Source of the DNA: an uncultured Verrucomicrobiota bacterium
GTDB taxonomy: Bacteria > Verrucomicrobiota > Verrucomicrobiia > CAIQCK01
Length of the DNA stretch: 64,000 bases
Direction: 5' to 3'
NCBI GenBank assembly: GCA_964524715.1
Contig: CAZGGF010000510.1
Location: 850-64,849, forward strand
Each line of letters starts with the position of its first letter. Within the stretch, counting starts at the first letter, position 1. This document shows, piece by piece, positions 9,305 to 19,575 of the stretch. A program made the translations under genes and the position numbers. Below the pieces are notes generated by a model. It had not been told where the DNA came from. It worked only from the letters and a program-made list of their open reading frames with translations, and did not search any database.

Positions 9305-10753
9305 ATGATGAAAGCAACAATCGCATGTTCCTTAGCCGTCGCCTTGATAGCCACCACCCTGCCCGCTGCTGATCTGTGGATCGGCGGGGCGACAACGACC
9401 ATCACGCCCGACAAACCGGTCCCGCTGGACGGTCATCGGGGACTGCGCGTTTCCAACAAGATCCAATCGCCCGTCACCGCCACGGTTCTGGCACTGGAAT
9501 CGCGCGACGGGGACAAACCGCTCGACGCGGCCGTCATCGTGTCCTGCGACATCGTGGCCATCCGGCAAGGCATCATGGAGCAGGTGCGCGAGAAGGTGAA
9601 GCCGCGCATCCCCGGCCTCGACGTCAAGAAGATCTTCCTGTGCGCCACGCACACTCACAATGCGCCTGTGACTCTGGAAGGCCGTTACACATTGCCGGAG
9701 ACGGGCGTCATGAAACCGGCGGCGTATGCGGATTTCATGACCACGCAGGTGGCGAATGCCATCGTCGAGAGCTGGCAGAAACGCAAGATCGGCAAGGTCA
9801 GCTGGACCCAAGGCCAAGCGGTCATCGCGCAGGATCGCCGTGCACTCTATGCCGATGGCACCGCCAAAATGTACGGCGCGACCAATACTGCCGAGTTCCG
9901 TTGCATTGAAGGCTACGAAGATCACAACCTCGACATGTTGTTCTTCTGGAACTCGAAAGATCAGCTTGTCTCGACGGTGATCAACGTCCCCTGCCCTTCG
10001 CAGGAAGCGGAGGGCGGCCTTGCGATTCACGCGGACTTCTGGCATCCCGTGAGGGAGATGTTGCGCGAGCGGCACGGCAAGGACTTGTTCGTACTGGGCG
10101 TGCCCGGCGCCGGGGGAGATCAAACCTCGCGGCCCCAATATGGCAAAGCCGCCGATGAACGCATGCGCAAACTGCGGGGACTGACCCGATTGGAGGAAGT
10201 TGCCCGTCGCATTGTCAAAGGATGGGAAGACACCCTCGAATGCGCGCGCAAAGACATCCGTAGCGACGTCGTGCTGCGCCATCTCGTCAGACAGATCGAA
10301 TTGCCACATCGAAAGGTTACCGAAGCTGAAGTCACTGAAGCGCGCGAGCAGGCGGCCAAGTTTGCCAAACTTCCTGCGCAGAAATGGAACTATCGCTGGA
10401 ACCAAGCCGTCGTCGAGCGATACGAAGCCCAGAAGTCTGGCACCGAAGGCCCTTACAAGATGGAGCTGCACGTCGTACGTCTCGGCGATGTGGCGATTGC
10501 CACAAACGAATTTGAGTTGTTTACCGACTACGGTGTCCGGATGAAAGCCCGCAGTCCCGCCGTGCAAACATTCGTCCTCCAACTCGCCGCCGGGTCCTAC
10601 GGTTACCTGGCCACCGAACGCGCTGTGCAGGGAGGCGGCTACGGTGCGGTCATCCAAAGCAACCGCATCGGTCCCGAGGGCGGCCAGGTTCTCGTGGATC
10701 GCACCGTTGAGGCAATCGACGAACTCTGGAAAGCACCTGCACAACAGAAATGA
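9305..10753 (+). CDS. Exported neutral ceramidase-like protein (paralog 3)
   Basis: ATHTHNAP, CPSQE, ADFWH, FELFTDYG, GGGYGA, GPEGGQ. Confidence 0.75.
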   Translation: MMKATIACSLAVALIATTLPAADLWIGGATTTITPDKPVPLDGHRGLRVSNKIQSPVTATVLALESRDGDKPLDAAVIVSCDIVAIRQGIMEQVREKVKPRIPGLDVKKIFLCATHTHNAPVTLEGRYTLPETGVMKPAAYADFMTTQVANAIVESWQKRKIGKVSWTQGQAVIAQDRRALYADGTAKMYGATNTAEFRCIEGYEDHNLDMLFFWNSKDQLVSTVINVPCPSQEAEGGLAIHADFWHPVREMLRERHGKDLFVLGVPGAGGDQTSRPQYGKAADERMRKLRGLTRLEEVARRIVKGWEDTLECARKDIRSDVVLRHLVRQIELPHRKVTEAEVTEAREQAAKFAKLPAQKWNYRWNQAVVERYEAQKSGTEGPYKMELHVVRLGDVAIATNEFELFTDYGVRMKARSPAVQTFVLQLAAGSYGYLATERAVQGGGYGAVIQSNRIGPEGGQVLVDRTVEAIDELWKAPAQQK

Positions 10754-10773
10754 GTATCGCCCCCCCCGCAATC

Positions 10774-12198
10774 ATGAAAATTAACCTCGTGTTCTTGCTC
10801 ACCGCGGCGCTTGTGGCCGGCAGCACATCCGCCGCCGAACTGCATATCGGCGCAGCCACCATCAACATCACGCCCGACCAACCGATCGCGCTGGCCGGCC
10901 AATTCCACACGCGCATTTCACGCAGCGTTGACAATCCGATCACTGCCACCGCCGTTGCCATCGAGGCGCGCGAGGGCGGACGCGCCGTGGACCACGCGAT
11001 CCTGCTCTCCTGTGATATCGTCGTGTTCCGTCCGTCGGTCACACAACCATTGCGCGATCGTCTGCAGAAGAAATTGCCCGATGTGGACCCACGCAAGCTG
11101 GTCTTAACCGCCACGCACACGCACACCTCGGCGGTCACCGAGGACGGTTCTTATGAGATTCCGAAGGAAGGTGTGATGCAACCCAGCAAGTATGTTGCAT
11201 TCCTAGTGGACCGGCTGGAAGAAGTCTGCGTTCAAGCATGGAAACAGCGCCAGCCCGGCGGCGTGAGTTGGGGAATGGGTCACGCCGTGGTCGGCCACAA
11301 CCGGCGCGCCGTTTACGCCGACGGCACCGCCAAGATGTATGGCGCGACCAACGACCCCAAGTTCCGCGGTATCGAGGGTGGCGAGGATCACAGCTTGGAA
11401 ATGCTTTTCTTCTGGGACAAACAGAGCTGCCTGCTCGCCTCTGGCATCAACGTAGCCTGCCCCTCGCAGGAGGTTGAATCTCGTTACACCGTAAATGCCG
11501 ATTTCTGGCACGATGTGCGCGAACAACTGCATGCGAGCGTCGCGAAGGACCTTTTCGTTCTTGGCTGGCCCGGGGCCTGCGGCGACCTCTCACCCCACCG
11601 GATGTATCGCAAGGCCGCTGAAGATCGGATGCTGAAGCTGCGCGGCTTGACCTGCACTCAAGACATTGGGCGTCGAATTGTAGGCGAAGTCAAAGACGTC
11701 TGCAAACTGACCAAGAGCAACATCCAAGTGAACGTCCCCTTTGCCCACCGAGTGGAAGAACTTGCGCTTCCCGTAAGAAAGGTGACCGAAAAAGAAGTGG
11801 CGGAAGCACAGAAAGAGATCGAAGCCCTCAAGAAGAAGGGTGACAAGAGCAACCGTGCGAGGTGGTTCCAAAGGACGATCGATCGTTACCACACGCAAGA
11901 CAAGGAACCGACCTTTACCGTTCCCGTGCACGTCTTGCGAATCGGCGACATCGCGATCGCAACCAATCCATTTGAGCTGTTTCAGGACTATGGCACTCAA
12001 ATGAAGGCCCGCAGCAAGGCCCTGCAAACGTTCGTCATCGAGTTGACCGACACATGGGGCGGCTACCTTCCATCGCAACGCGCAGTTGAAGGAGGCGGCT
12101 ACAGTGCCGTGGTCCAAAGCAATCGTGTCGGCCCCGAAGGCGGCCAGGTTCTGGTGAACCGCACCGTGGAGATGATCAACGCAATGTGGCAGAAGTAG
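10774..12198 (+). CDS. Exported neutral ceramidase-like protein (paralog 4)
   Basis: ATHTHTS, CPSQE, ADFWH, PFELFQDYG, GPEGGQ; alternative start 10750 (ATGA overlap). Confidence 0.75.
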   Translation: MKINLVFLLTAALVAGSTSAAELHIGAATINITPDQPIALAGQFHTRISRSVDNPITATAVAIEAREGGRAVDHAILLSCDIVVFRPSVTQPLRDRLQKKLPDVDPRKLVLTATHTHTSAVTEDGSYEIPKEGVMQPSKYVAFLVDRLEEVCVQAWKQRQPGGVSWGMGHAVVGHNRRAVYADGTAKMYGATNDPKFRGIEGGEDHSLEMLFFWDKQSCLLASGINVACPSQEVESRYTVNADFWHDVREQLHASVAKDLFVLGWPGACGDLSPHRMYRKAAEDRMLKLRGLTCTQDIGRRIVGEVKDVCKLTKSNIQVNVPFAHRVEELALPVRKVTEKEVAEAQKEIEALKKKGDKSNRARWFQRTIDRYHTQDKEPTFTVPVHVLRIGDIAIATNPFELFQDYGTQMKARSKALQTFVIELTDTWGGYLPSQRAVEGGGYSAVVQSNRVGPEGGQVLVNRTVEMINAMWQK

Positions 12199-12289
12199 TC
12201 ATCGAGATTCGCATGATAATTGCTTCGCGCCGCCCCTGGCGGAGGCAATGTGATAACAAACAGGCAACCAGTTCAGGAGATAACCGATC

Positions 12290-13537
12290 ATGTCAACCCA
12301 ACTCACTCGTCGCTCTTTTCTGGGAGGCGCTGCGACCGCAATGGCCGCGGCCCATTCCCTCGCACAATGCGCCCAAGGCGCCGAAGTCATTCCCGGGTTT
12401 GATCAGACCCGCACCGATTACGACAAGACGAAGGCGTGGAAGCCTTTCAGCGATCGGAAGGTCAGGGTCGGTCTGGTCGGCTATGGCGTATGCAAGTTCT
12501 CCGCAGCATTTGAATTTCAGAATCATCCCAACGTCGAGGTAGTGGCAGTGAGCGACCTGTTTCCCGACCGCTGCGCGGCGTTGGCCGAGCGGGTGAAATG
12601 CAAGAAAACCTATCCTTCGCTCGAAGAAATGGTGAAGGATGACAAGATCGAAGCCATCTTTGTCGCCACCGACGCCCCCTCCCACGCCCGCCACTGCATC
12701 GAGGTGCTCAACCACGGCAAACACGTCTGCACGGCGGTACCTGCATTCCGTGGCAACATTGAGGACGCGGAAAAGCTGCTGGCATGTGTTCGGAAGAACC
12801 GCGGCCTCGTATACGCCATGTTTGAGACCTCCGTCTTTCACGACGACCTGTATGCGATGGAGAAGCTCTATGCGGAAAATGTCTTCGGCCACATTGTGTA
12901 TTCCGAGGGCGAATACTGTCACCCGCATACGTTGGGGGCTCCTTCGATTGGCTCGTATAAAGATTGGCGCAAGCACGGATCACCCATGTGGTATCCCACC
13001 CATGCGACAGCCTACTACGTCAGCGTGACGCACGGCAGCTTTGTGGACGTGAGCTGCCAGGGAACGGCTCTGTTCGACAAGAGCAAGCGCCAGCCTAACG
13101 CCATCGGCAATATCTTCAACTCGGAGGTCGGGCTGTTCCGGACAAGTGAGGGAGGAATTTCCCGCATGATCATCTGCGGTTCGCAAGGCGAGTATCTGGA
13201 GGCCGGCCGCATCCGCGGGGAATACGCCGGATACAGTTGGCATAACGGACTCGCTGCCGGTTTCGTCGGCGATGCCGAGGGAAAGAAACGTCTCAAGAAA
13301 GCGTTGGACAAAGGCGTGCAGACAAAGAAGTACGCCCTGCCACCGAGTGTTTCAGCAGGCGGACACGGAGGGTCCCATGGCTATCTTTCTGACGATTTCA
13401 TTGATGCCATCCTTCGGAACCGAAAACCCGCGGTGGATGTCATTGATGCACTGAACATGACTGTCCCGGGTTACTACGCCCATCTGTCCGCCATGAAAGG
13501 CGGCGAGACTCTCAAAATCCCACAGTACTCGTTGTAG
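12290..13537 (+). CDS. Tat-exported Gfo/Idh/MocA oxidoreductase, GH109-like
   Basis: TRRSFL Tat motif; Rossmann RVGLVGYG; CTAVP, YPTHA and GGHGG motifs; AGGAG RBS. Confidence 0.8.
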   Translation: MSTQLTRRSFLGGAATAMAAAHSLAQCAQGAEVIPGFDQTRTDYDKTKAWKPFSDRKVRVGLVGYGVCKFSAAFEFQNHPNVEVVAVSDLFPDRCAALAERVKCKKTYPSLEEMVKDDKIEAIFVATDAPSHARHCIEVLNHGKHVCTAVPAFRGNIEDAEKLLACVRKNRGLVYAMFETSVFHDDLYAMEKLYAENVFGHIVYSEGEYCHPHTLGAPSIGSYKDWRKHGSPMWYPTHATAYYVSVTHGSFVDVSCQGTALFDKSKRQPNAIGNIFNSEVGLFRTSEGGISRMIICGSQGEYLEAGRIRGEYAGYSWHNGLAAGFVGDAEGKKRLKKALDKGVQTKKYALPPSVSAGGHGGSHGYLSDDFIDAILRNRKPAVDVIDALNMTVPGYYAHLSAMKGGETLKIPQYSL

Positions 13538-13574
13538 AATCCAAACACTGTCCACCCGCAGTCCATCCTGAATC

Positions 13575-15626
13575 ATGAGTATGAAGCCAGGCTATAGCGG
13601 CCATTTGTTGTTGTTTATCATGTTCTGCCACAGCGTGGTTTCACCACTCTGGGCGTGTGACGCAATCATCGTGGGCAGGGCCGCCTCCGCTGACGGTTCG
13701 GTCCTCGTGGGGCATAACGAAGAGAACGCGCTCGATCGCGTGTTGGAATTCCACAAGATACCCCGCCAGCAACATCCGGCGGGCTCCGTTGTCCGTTTGC
13801 AGTTCGGCGGACAGACTGAGGAAGTGCCCGAGACTCTGCCTTTCCTGTGGAGCGAGAATCCGGAACTGTCCTACAGCGACGGGTATCTGAATGAATGTGG
13901 CGTGGCGATCGCGAGCGTCAAGTGTGTCACTCGTGAGGACAGCTACGAGACGCTGGTTGCGCGAGGCGAGATTCGCAATGGTGGCATCGGCTACATGCTG
14001 AGGCGGCTGGTAGCCCTCCGCGCAAAGACGGCGCGTGACGGCGTGGAGTTGATGGGAAGACTGATCGAACAGTTTGGCTACGCGGATTCGGGCCGCAGCT
14101 ACGTGGTGGCTGATCCCACTGAAGCCTGGTTGCTGGAGGTTGCCTGTGGACGCCGATGGGTCGCCCAACGCGTGCCGGACAACAAGGTCGTGTTCCTGCC
14201 GGCCAGACACATCATTGGAGAAGTGAACCTGGCTGACCGGAAGAACTTCCGGGCATCGCCCGACCTGATCAGCTACGCCGTCGCGCGAGGCTGGTTCGAC
14301 CCCTCGAAGGGCGAAGCATTCAGCTTCCGCAAGGTCTACCAGACGCCCGAAGCAACCGCTCCAGACCGTCGCCACTTCCGCGCCCAAGAGATCATCACCG
14401 GCAAGGCGGGGAACTGGCCGCCTCGCGAACCGATTCCGTTCGCACACACGCCCGACAAGAAGTTCGCGGTTCGTGATGTGATTGCCGCTCTTCGTGACGA
14501 CAAAGGGATTGCGTCCATCTTCAACAAGAGCACGCAGGAAGCGGCCGTATTCCAATTGCGCGACAAAATGCCGCGCGAAGTCGGCTGCATCTACTGGCGG
14601 ACGACCGGACGACCTGACATCAGCGTGCTCACGCCCTGGTATGTTGGCGTAACGTCCACGCCGGACAATTATGGCCGCCGCGTTGACCCGGCGACGCTGC
14701 TTTCGCTCGACCATCACTTCAAGCCACCCGCCGGCACGTTTGATCCGGACTCCGGACGAGCTTGGTGGAAGTTCAAAACCCTCGCCAAGCTCGCCGATGA
14801 GGACTACACCCATCGCATCAAGTCCGTCCAGACTGCCTGGTCGTTGTTGGAAGATCGCGCGTTCACGAAACAGCCGTCGTTTGAAGCTGAGACGTTGAAG
14901 CTCTGGGCGAAGGCGCCTGCCGAAGCGCGTGCGGCACTCACCCGCTATTGTGCCGAAATCGCAGCCGAGGCCTGTGCGAAAGCCGATGAATTGTCCGCCA
15001 GTTTGGGTGCCGGACAGAAGAACGCACGCCGGCCCAAGAGCGAGCGATACGAAAAGGCCATCATCGCCTTTGAGGCCGCCGACAAGAAGAACCCGCCGCC
15101 GCAAAATGCGATTCTTTTCACCGGCGCATCGAACATCGTCGGCTGGAAGACGTTGGCGCAGGATTTCCCGGAATACAAAGTGATCAACCGCGGCTTTGGC
15201 GGTTCGCATATCGCCGATTGTGTCTTCTATGCCGATCGGATCGTCATTCCATATCGGCCCCGAGTGATCGTGTTTCGCACTGGAGGAAACGATATCCAGT
15301 CGGGTAAATCGCCCGAAGAAGTGGCGGCGGACTTCAAGGCGTTCGCGGAAAAAGTGCATGCGAAGCTCCCCGATACACGGATCGTCTATTGGCCGATGAC
15401 TCCTTCCGTCGCCCGGCTCACGAACTGGGACCGAGAGAACAAAGGCAATCAACTTATCAAGGCATACATCAACGCGGGCAAGAACATGGTTTATATCGAC
15501 GCCGCTGAAGCGACGCTGGGGCCGGACGGCAAACCGCGTGCAGAGTTGTTCAAGAAGGACGGTTTGCACTTCAACGATGCGGCTTACAAGATGTTCACCC
15601 CGATCATCCGTCCGTATCTCAAGTGA
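13575..15626 (+). CDS. C69-family (Ntn) dipeptidase fused to a C-terminal SGNH/GDSL hydrolase
   Basis: Signal then CDAIIVG..ASADGSVLVGHNEE, LNECGV, ADPTEAWLLE; C-terminal FTGAS, NRGFGGS, GGND, DGLH blocks. Confidence 0.82.
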   Translation: MSMKPGYSGHLLLFIMFCHSVVSPLWACDAIIVGRAASADGSVLVGHNEENALDRVLEFHKIPRQQHPAGSVVRLQFGGQTEEVPETLPFLWSENPELSYSDGYLNECGVAIASVKCVTREDSYETLVARGEIRNGGIGYMLRRLVALRAKTARDGVELMGRLIEQFGYADSGRSYVVADPTEAWLLEVACGRRWVAQRVPDNKVVFLPARHIIGEVNLADRKNFRASPDLISYAVARGWFDPSKGEAFSFRKVYQTPEATAPDRRHFRAQEIITGKAGNWPPREPIPFAHTPDKKFAVRDVIAALRDDKGIASIFNKSTQEAAVFQLRDKMPREVGCIYWRTTGRPDISVLTPWYVGVTSTPDNYGRRVDPATLLSLDHHFKPPAGTFDPDSGRAWWKFKTLAKLADEDYTHRIKSVQTAWSLLEDRAFTKQPSFEAETLKLWAKAPAEARAALTRYCAEIAAEACAKADELSASLGAGQKNARRPKSERYEKAIIAFEAADKKNPPPQNAILFTGASNIVGWKTLAQDFPEYKVINRGFGGSHIADCVFYADRIVIPYRPRVIVFRTGGNDIQSGKSPEEVAADFKAFAEKVHAKLPDTRIVYWPMTPSVARLTNWDRENKGNQLIKAYINAGKNMVYIDAAEATLGPDGKPRAELFKKDGLHFNDAAYKMFTPIIRPYLK

Positions 15627-15686
15627 TTGGACGCCTGGCAAGTGATTCGTTGCAAAGACCACAAAGTGCGATTCGAAAGGCACGCG

Positions 15687-16988
15687 ATGAAAACACCACA
15701 GCAACAAGTAACCCGCCGCCGATTTCTGACCACCACAGCGGCGACCGTCGGTGGAATCTGGATCGCCGGTTCGCGCAGCGCAAACGCGGTCCCGAATGAC
15801 GTTCCTCCCAAATGCCCTTCGACAAAGCACTTCTGGTATCGCCCTCAGCCGCCGGGGCCCTACATTGACTCGCAGCGCGACAACAAGGCTTTCGGTTATG
15901 CAAACGGCACTATTTACCTCTCACAAGACAATGCCCGCACCTGGCCGCACAACATCGCGTTTCCCGACACAGACCACATCACGTTCAGTTGCATTCTGAA
16001 AAACGGAAACGTTCTCTTCAGCACTCGTGAAAGGCTATTCCTCAGCACGGACAACCTGAAGACCTACAAGCGCATCACGGTGAAGGACGCGGACGGCGCA
16101 GACTACCTCCCGCATGCTCCGGTCAACCCCGATAACCCCGGTTGGTATTTCCACACCCTTTCAGGCGTCAACTCCTGGGATGTACACGGCAAGGAGATGC
16201 TGGTGTGGGGAAACTACTGCAACGTCATTGGCGGCGCAGTCCCCGTCAACATCTACTACTCCATCGACAACGGCCAGACCGTGAAGATCGCCTGCGCGTT
16301 TGGACAGAATCCCCATTTCCGCGACAACGGCAAGCCGGGTGGAGGCAAGACGGGCACGCTGCTGGGTAACCCGCGCAACCCGGTGATTTGCCGCCATGTT
16401 CATTCCGTGGTGTATCACCCCGGTGAAGACGCGTTCTACGCCTGCACGGGTGACGCAGATCGAGGCATGGGGCATGAGTGCCACTGGCTTCGAGGCACGT
16501 ATGACGCCAAGAATGACAAGTGGCAATGGAAGGTGCTCATATCGACCCCATCCAACACGCGCTACAAATGCGGCGGCATCAATGTCATTGACGGGAAACT
16601 CTACTGGATCAGCGACGCGAACGGCCCAAAGCCTCACGACCGTGGAATCTTTCGATGCGACCCTGCCGACATCACCAATACCAGCGCGCACACACTGTTG
16701 TTCAACCCGGGAGTCGAGTCTGGCAACATGATCGCTCAGGACGGCGTGTTTCTGGCCTCACATTGCGCGCCCGCTTCGCCAATGGCTACAGGCATCATCG
16801 TCTCCACCGACGCGGGCAAGACGTGGGCTCAATACGATCTCAAGGAGTTCGGCAGACGGTCCCCTACCCGTTTCCACGAGAAGAACAGTGAAGGCTGGTT
16901 CCGGTTGGACCTGCGGACGGGATGGATTCAACGTGGCGAGGTAATGTTCATCAAGCCGAAGAACCGGCCTGCCAAGGCCAGAAAGTAA
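15687..16988 (+). CDS. Tat-exported BNR/Asp-box beta-propeller protein
   Basis: TRRRFL Tat motif; SQDNARTW, SIDNGQT, STDAGKTW Asp-boxes; GAAAGG RBS. Confidence 0.65.
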   Translation: MKTPQQQVTRRRFLTTTAATVGGIWIAGSRSANAVPNDVPPKCPSTKHFWYRPQPPGPYIDSQRDNKAFGYANGTIYLSQDNARTWPHNIAFPDTDHITFSCILKNGNVLFSTRERLFLSTDNLKTYKRITVKDADGADYLPHAPVNPDNPGWYFHTLSGVNSWDVHGKEMLVWGNYCNVIGGAVPVNIYYSIDNGQTVKIACAFGQNPHFRDNGKPGGGKTGTLLGNPRNPVICRHVHSVVYHPGEDAFYACTGDADRGMGHECHWLRGTYDAKNDKWQWKVLISTPSNTRYKCGGINVIDGKLYWISDANGPKPHDRGIFRCDPADITNTSAHTLLFNPGVESGNMIAQDGVFLASHCAPASPMATGIIVSTDAGKTWAQYDLKEFGRRSPTRFHEKNSEGWFRLDLRTGWIQRGEVMFIKPKNRPAKARK

Positions 16989-16994
16989 CTGGCC

Positions 16995-19559
16995 ATGCTA
17001 AAAGGCACGTTCGCTTCAATATGTGTTTCCACTCTGCTCGCTGCTCTCGCCGCACAGGCGCAAGATCAAGCGCAGCCAACCATGCCGGAGAAGTTCTTCG
17101 GTTTCCAACTCGGCAGCGACCGCAAGATCGCGCGCTGGGACAAGATCACCGACTACTTCCATTTACTTGAGACGCAGAGCGGCGGGAAAATGCAAGTGGT
17201 GAACATGGGACCCACCACCATGGGCAACCCGTTTCTGCTCGCCATCATCTCTTCGCCGAAGAATCTAGCGAACCTCGAACGGCTCAGGCAGGCCAATGCA
17301 AAGATCAGCGACCCCCGCGGTTTGGCGGAGCGGGAGGTGAAACGGCTGGTGGCTGAAGGCAAGGCTGTCATCTGCCAATCCATGAGCCTGCACGCCTCGG
17401 AAATCGGCGGCACGCAGATGGCGCCGGAGCTTGCCTATGATCTGCTTTCCCGAACGGATGACGAGACGCGGCGCATTCTCGACAATGTGATCCTCCTGCT
17501 GGTTCCCTCGTTCAACCCGGACGGCCAGATCATGGTGACCGACTGGTACAACAAGACTCTCGGTGGGGAATATGAGGGCGCAGATCTGCCGTGGCTCTAT
17601 CACAAATACGCCGGGCATGATAACAACCGCGACGCGTTCCAGATCAATCTGGTCGAGTCGCAATACATGGTCAGGATTCTCTTCCGTGAGTGGACACCGC
17701 AGGCCTATGTCGATCACCATCACCAGTCCCCCTATGGCGCGCGTATTTACATCCCGCCGTACGCCGAGCCGGTGCGTCCCCTGGCCGATCCGCTCATCTG
17801 GCGCGAGATCAGTTGGTATGGCGCGCACATGGCCTATAAGGAAGAAGAGGCGGACAAGTCCGGCGTGCTGAACAATGCCGTGTATTCGGGCTGGGGCCAT
17901 TTTGGTTTTCACTGGATCACGCCGTTTCACAACATCGCAGGAATGCTGACTGAATCCGCCAGCACCAAGCTGGCAACGCCCATTTATATCCATCCAGACC
18001 AACTGCGGGGCGCGACTCGCGGGATGCCGGCCCACGAGGAACAGACCTCGTTCCCCAATCCGTGGCCGGGCGGCTGGTGGCGGCTGCGAGACATCGTCGA
18101 GCGCCAGAAGATTGCCGCGTGGGCGTTGCTGGACCTGGCTGCGCGGAACCGCGAGACCGTGCTGTGGAATGCTTACCTGAAGGCGAAGCGGCAGACGGAA
18201 CGGGGCCGCGAGAGCAAGCCCGCCGCTTACGTCATTCCCTCCAGGCAGCATGATCCTCTGACCATGGCCAAGATGGTCAACAAGCTCCTGCTTCAAGGCG
18301 TCGAAGTGAGACGCTCACCGCGAGGGTTTTCCACGAAGGATGGCATGCAATACCCACCAGGCTCCTACGTGGTGTCTTTGGCGCAACCCAAGATGGGGCT
18401 CATCCGCTATCTGTTGGGCCGGACGCGGTATCCCGACAACGAGTGGACACGCGCGCGGGATGGATCGCCAATGCGTCCTTACGATATGGCGACCGACACG
18501 ATGTTCGAGTTCATGGGCGTCCGGGTGGACCCCCTGAACGACGCGGTGGAAGGCGAACCCGTCAAACTGGGGACGGTGCTGTTGCCCGCGCGAACGGCGA
18601 CCGCAGGCCGCAAGAACTACACGTTCGATGGAAGGTTGAACGACAGTTTCGTGGCCGCCAACATCCTGTTGGAAAAAGGCATTGCCGTTCGACGTGTCGA
18701 CAAGCCCGCGTCAGGACTGCGCGCGGGTGATTTCATCACCGGTTCCCTTTCCGCCGCAGTGCTGAAGGAACTCGCCAAGGAAACGGGCGTGAGTCTCACA
18801 CCACTCAGCAGCGAGCCTCCTCAAGGCGTCCACGAAATCAAGCGCCTGCGTGTCGGTATGTATCAACGCTATCGAGGCGGCAATATTGACGAGGGCTGGA
18901 CGCGCCTGCTGCTGGAACAGTTCCGTTTCCCCTACGCGTCACTGCTGGATGCTGAGTTAAAGAAAGGCAAGCTGAACGAGAAATTCGATGTCATCATCCT
19001 GCCTGAGGATTCCACGGGAACGCTCGTGGAGCCGGGATCTGAAGAGTCAACTCCGCGCGAATACCGGAGCGGTTTTGGCCGCGAGGGCACCGAGGCTTTA
19101 AAGGCGTTCGTGCAGAAAGGCGGCACGCTGGTGACACTGGCCGGAGCCTGCAATTTCGCCATCGAGAAATTCGTCCTGAAAGTGCGAAACGTAACCGCAG
19201 GCAAAACCTCGATGCAGTTTTGGTGTCCAGGCTCCACGGTCAAAGTGAAGTTTGAAAACTCGAACCCGCTGGCATACGGCATGCCCGCCGAAGGGTTGGC
19301 GGTTTATATGCATAGCAACCCGGCTTTCGAAATCATCCCCGGTCCGCATAATGAGCGATACGAGACCGTCGTCCGCTACACCGATCGCGATCTGCTCGAA
19401 AGCGGCTGGCTGATCGGCGAGGACACGCTGGCCAGGAAAGCGGCCATGGTATCGGCGCAACTGGGCCAGGGGCGTGTGGTGCTGATCGGTTTTCGCGCCC
19501 AACATCGGGCTCAGACCCATGGCACATTCAAGCTGTTGTTCAACACGCTGATTCGTTGA
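16995..19559 (+). CDS. M14-family zinc carboxypeptidase with C-terminal GATase1-like domain
   Basis: LHASE (HxxE), NPDG, DNNRD, DHHHQ; DEGWTR..L, FDVIILP, FVQKGGTLV. Confidence 0.85.
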   Translation: MLKGTFASICVSTLLAALAAQAQDQAQPTMPEKFFGFQLGSDRKIARWDKITDYFHLLETQSGGKMQVVNMGPTTMGNPFLLAIISSPKNLANLERLRQANAKISDPRGLAEREVKRLVAEGKAVICQSMSLHASEIGGTQMAPELAYDLLSRTDDETRRILDNVILLLVPSFNPDGQIMVTDWYNKTLGGEYEGADLPWLYHKYAGHDNNRDAFQINLVESQYMVRILFREWTPQAYVDHHHQSPYGARIYIPPYAEPVRPLADPLIWREISWYGAHMAYKEEEADKSGVLNNAVYSGWGHFGFHWITPFHNIAGMLTESASTKLATPIYIHPDQLRGATRGMPAHEEQTSFPNPWPGGWWRLRDIVERQKIAAWALLDLAARNRETVLWNAYLKAKRQTERGRESKPAAYVIPSRQHDPLTMAKMVNKLLLQGVEVRRSPRGFSTKDGMQYPPGSYVVSLAQPKMGLIRYLLGRTRYPDNEWTRARDGSPMRPYDMATDTMFEFMGVRVDPLNDAVEGEPVKLGTVLLPARTATAGRKNYTFDGRLNDSFVAANILLEKGIAVRRVDKPASGLRAGDFITGSLSAAVLKELAKETGVSLTPLSSEPPQGVHEIKRLRVGMYQRYRGGNIDEGWTRLLLEQFRFPYASLLDAELKKGKLNEKFDVIILPEDSTGTLVEPGSEESTPREYRSGFGREGTEALKAFVQKGGTLVTLAGACNFAIEKFVLKVRNVTAGKTSMQFWCPGSTVKVKFENSNPLAYGMPAEGLAVYMHSNPAFEIIPGPHNERYETVVRYTDRDLLESGWLIGEDTLARKAAMVSAQLGQGRVVLIGFRAQHRAQTHGTFKLLFNTLIR

Positions 19560-19575
19560 AACCAAGGTAACCACG

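Noticed and set aside
10760-10767. C8 run as a phase-variation tract (also C run at 25941-25948)
   Set aside because: Both lie upstream of the likely start codons; no frameshift is evident.
15624-15686. In-frame TGA between the C69-SGNH gene and the next ORF (possible selenocysteine or read-through)
   Set aside because: The SGNH domain ends naturally and the next gene has its own RBS, ATG (15687) and Tat signal.
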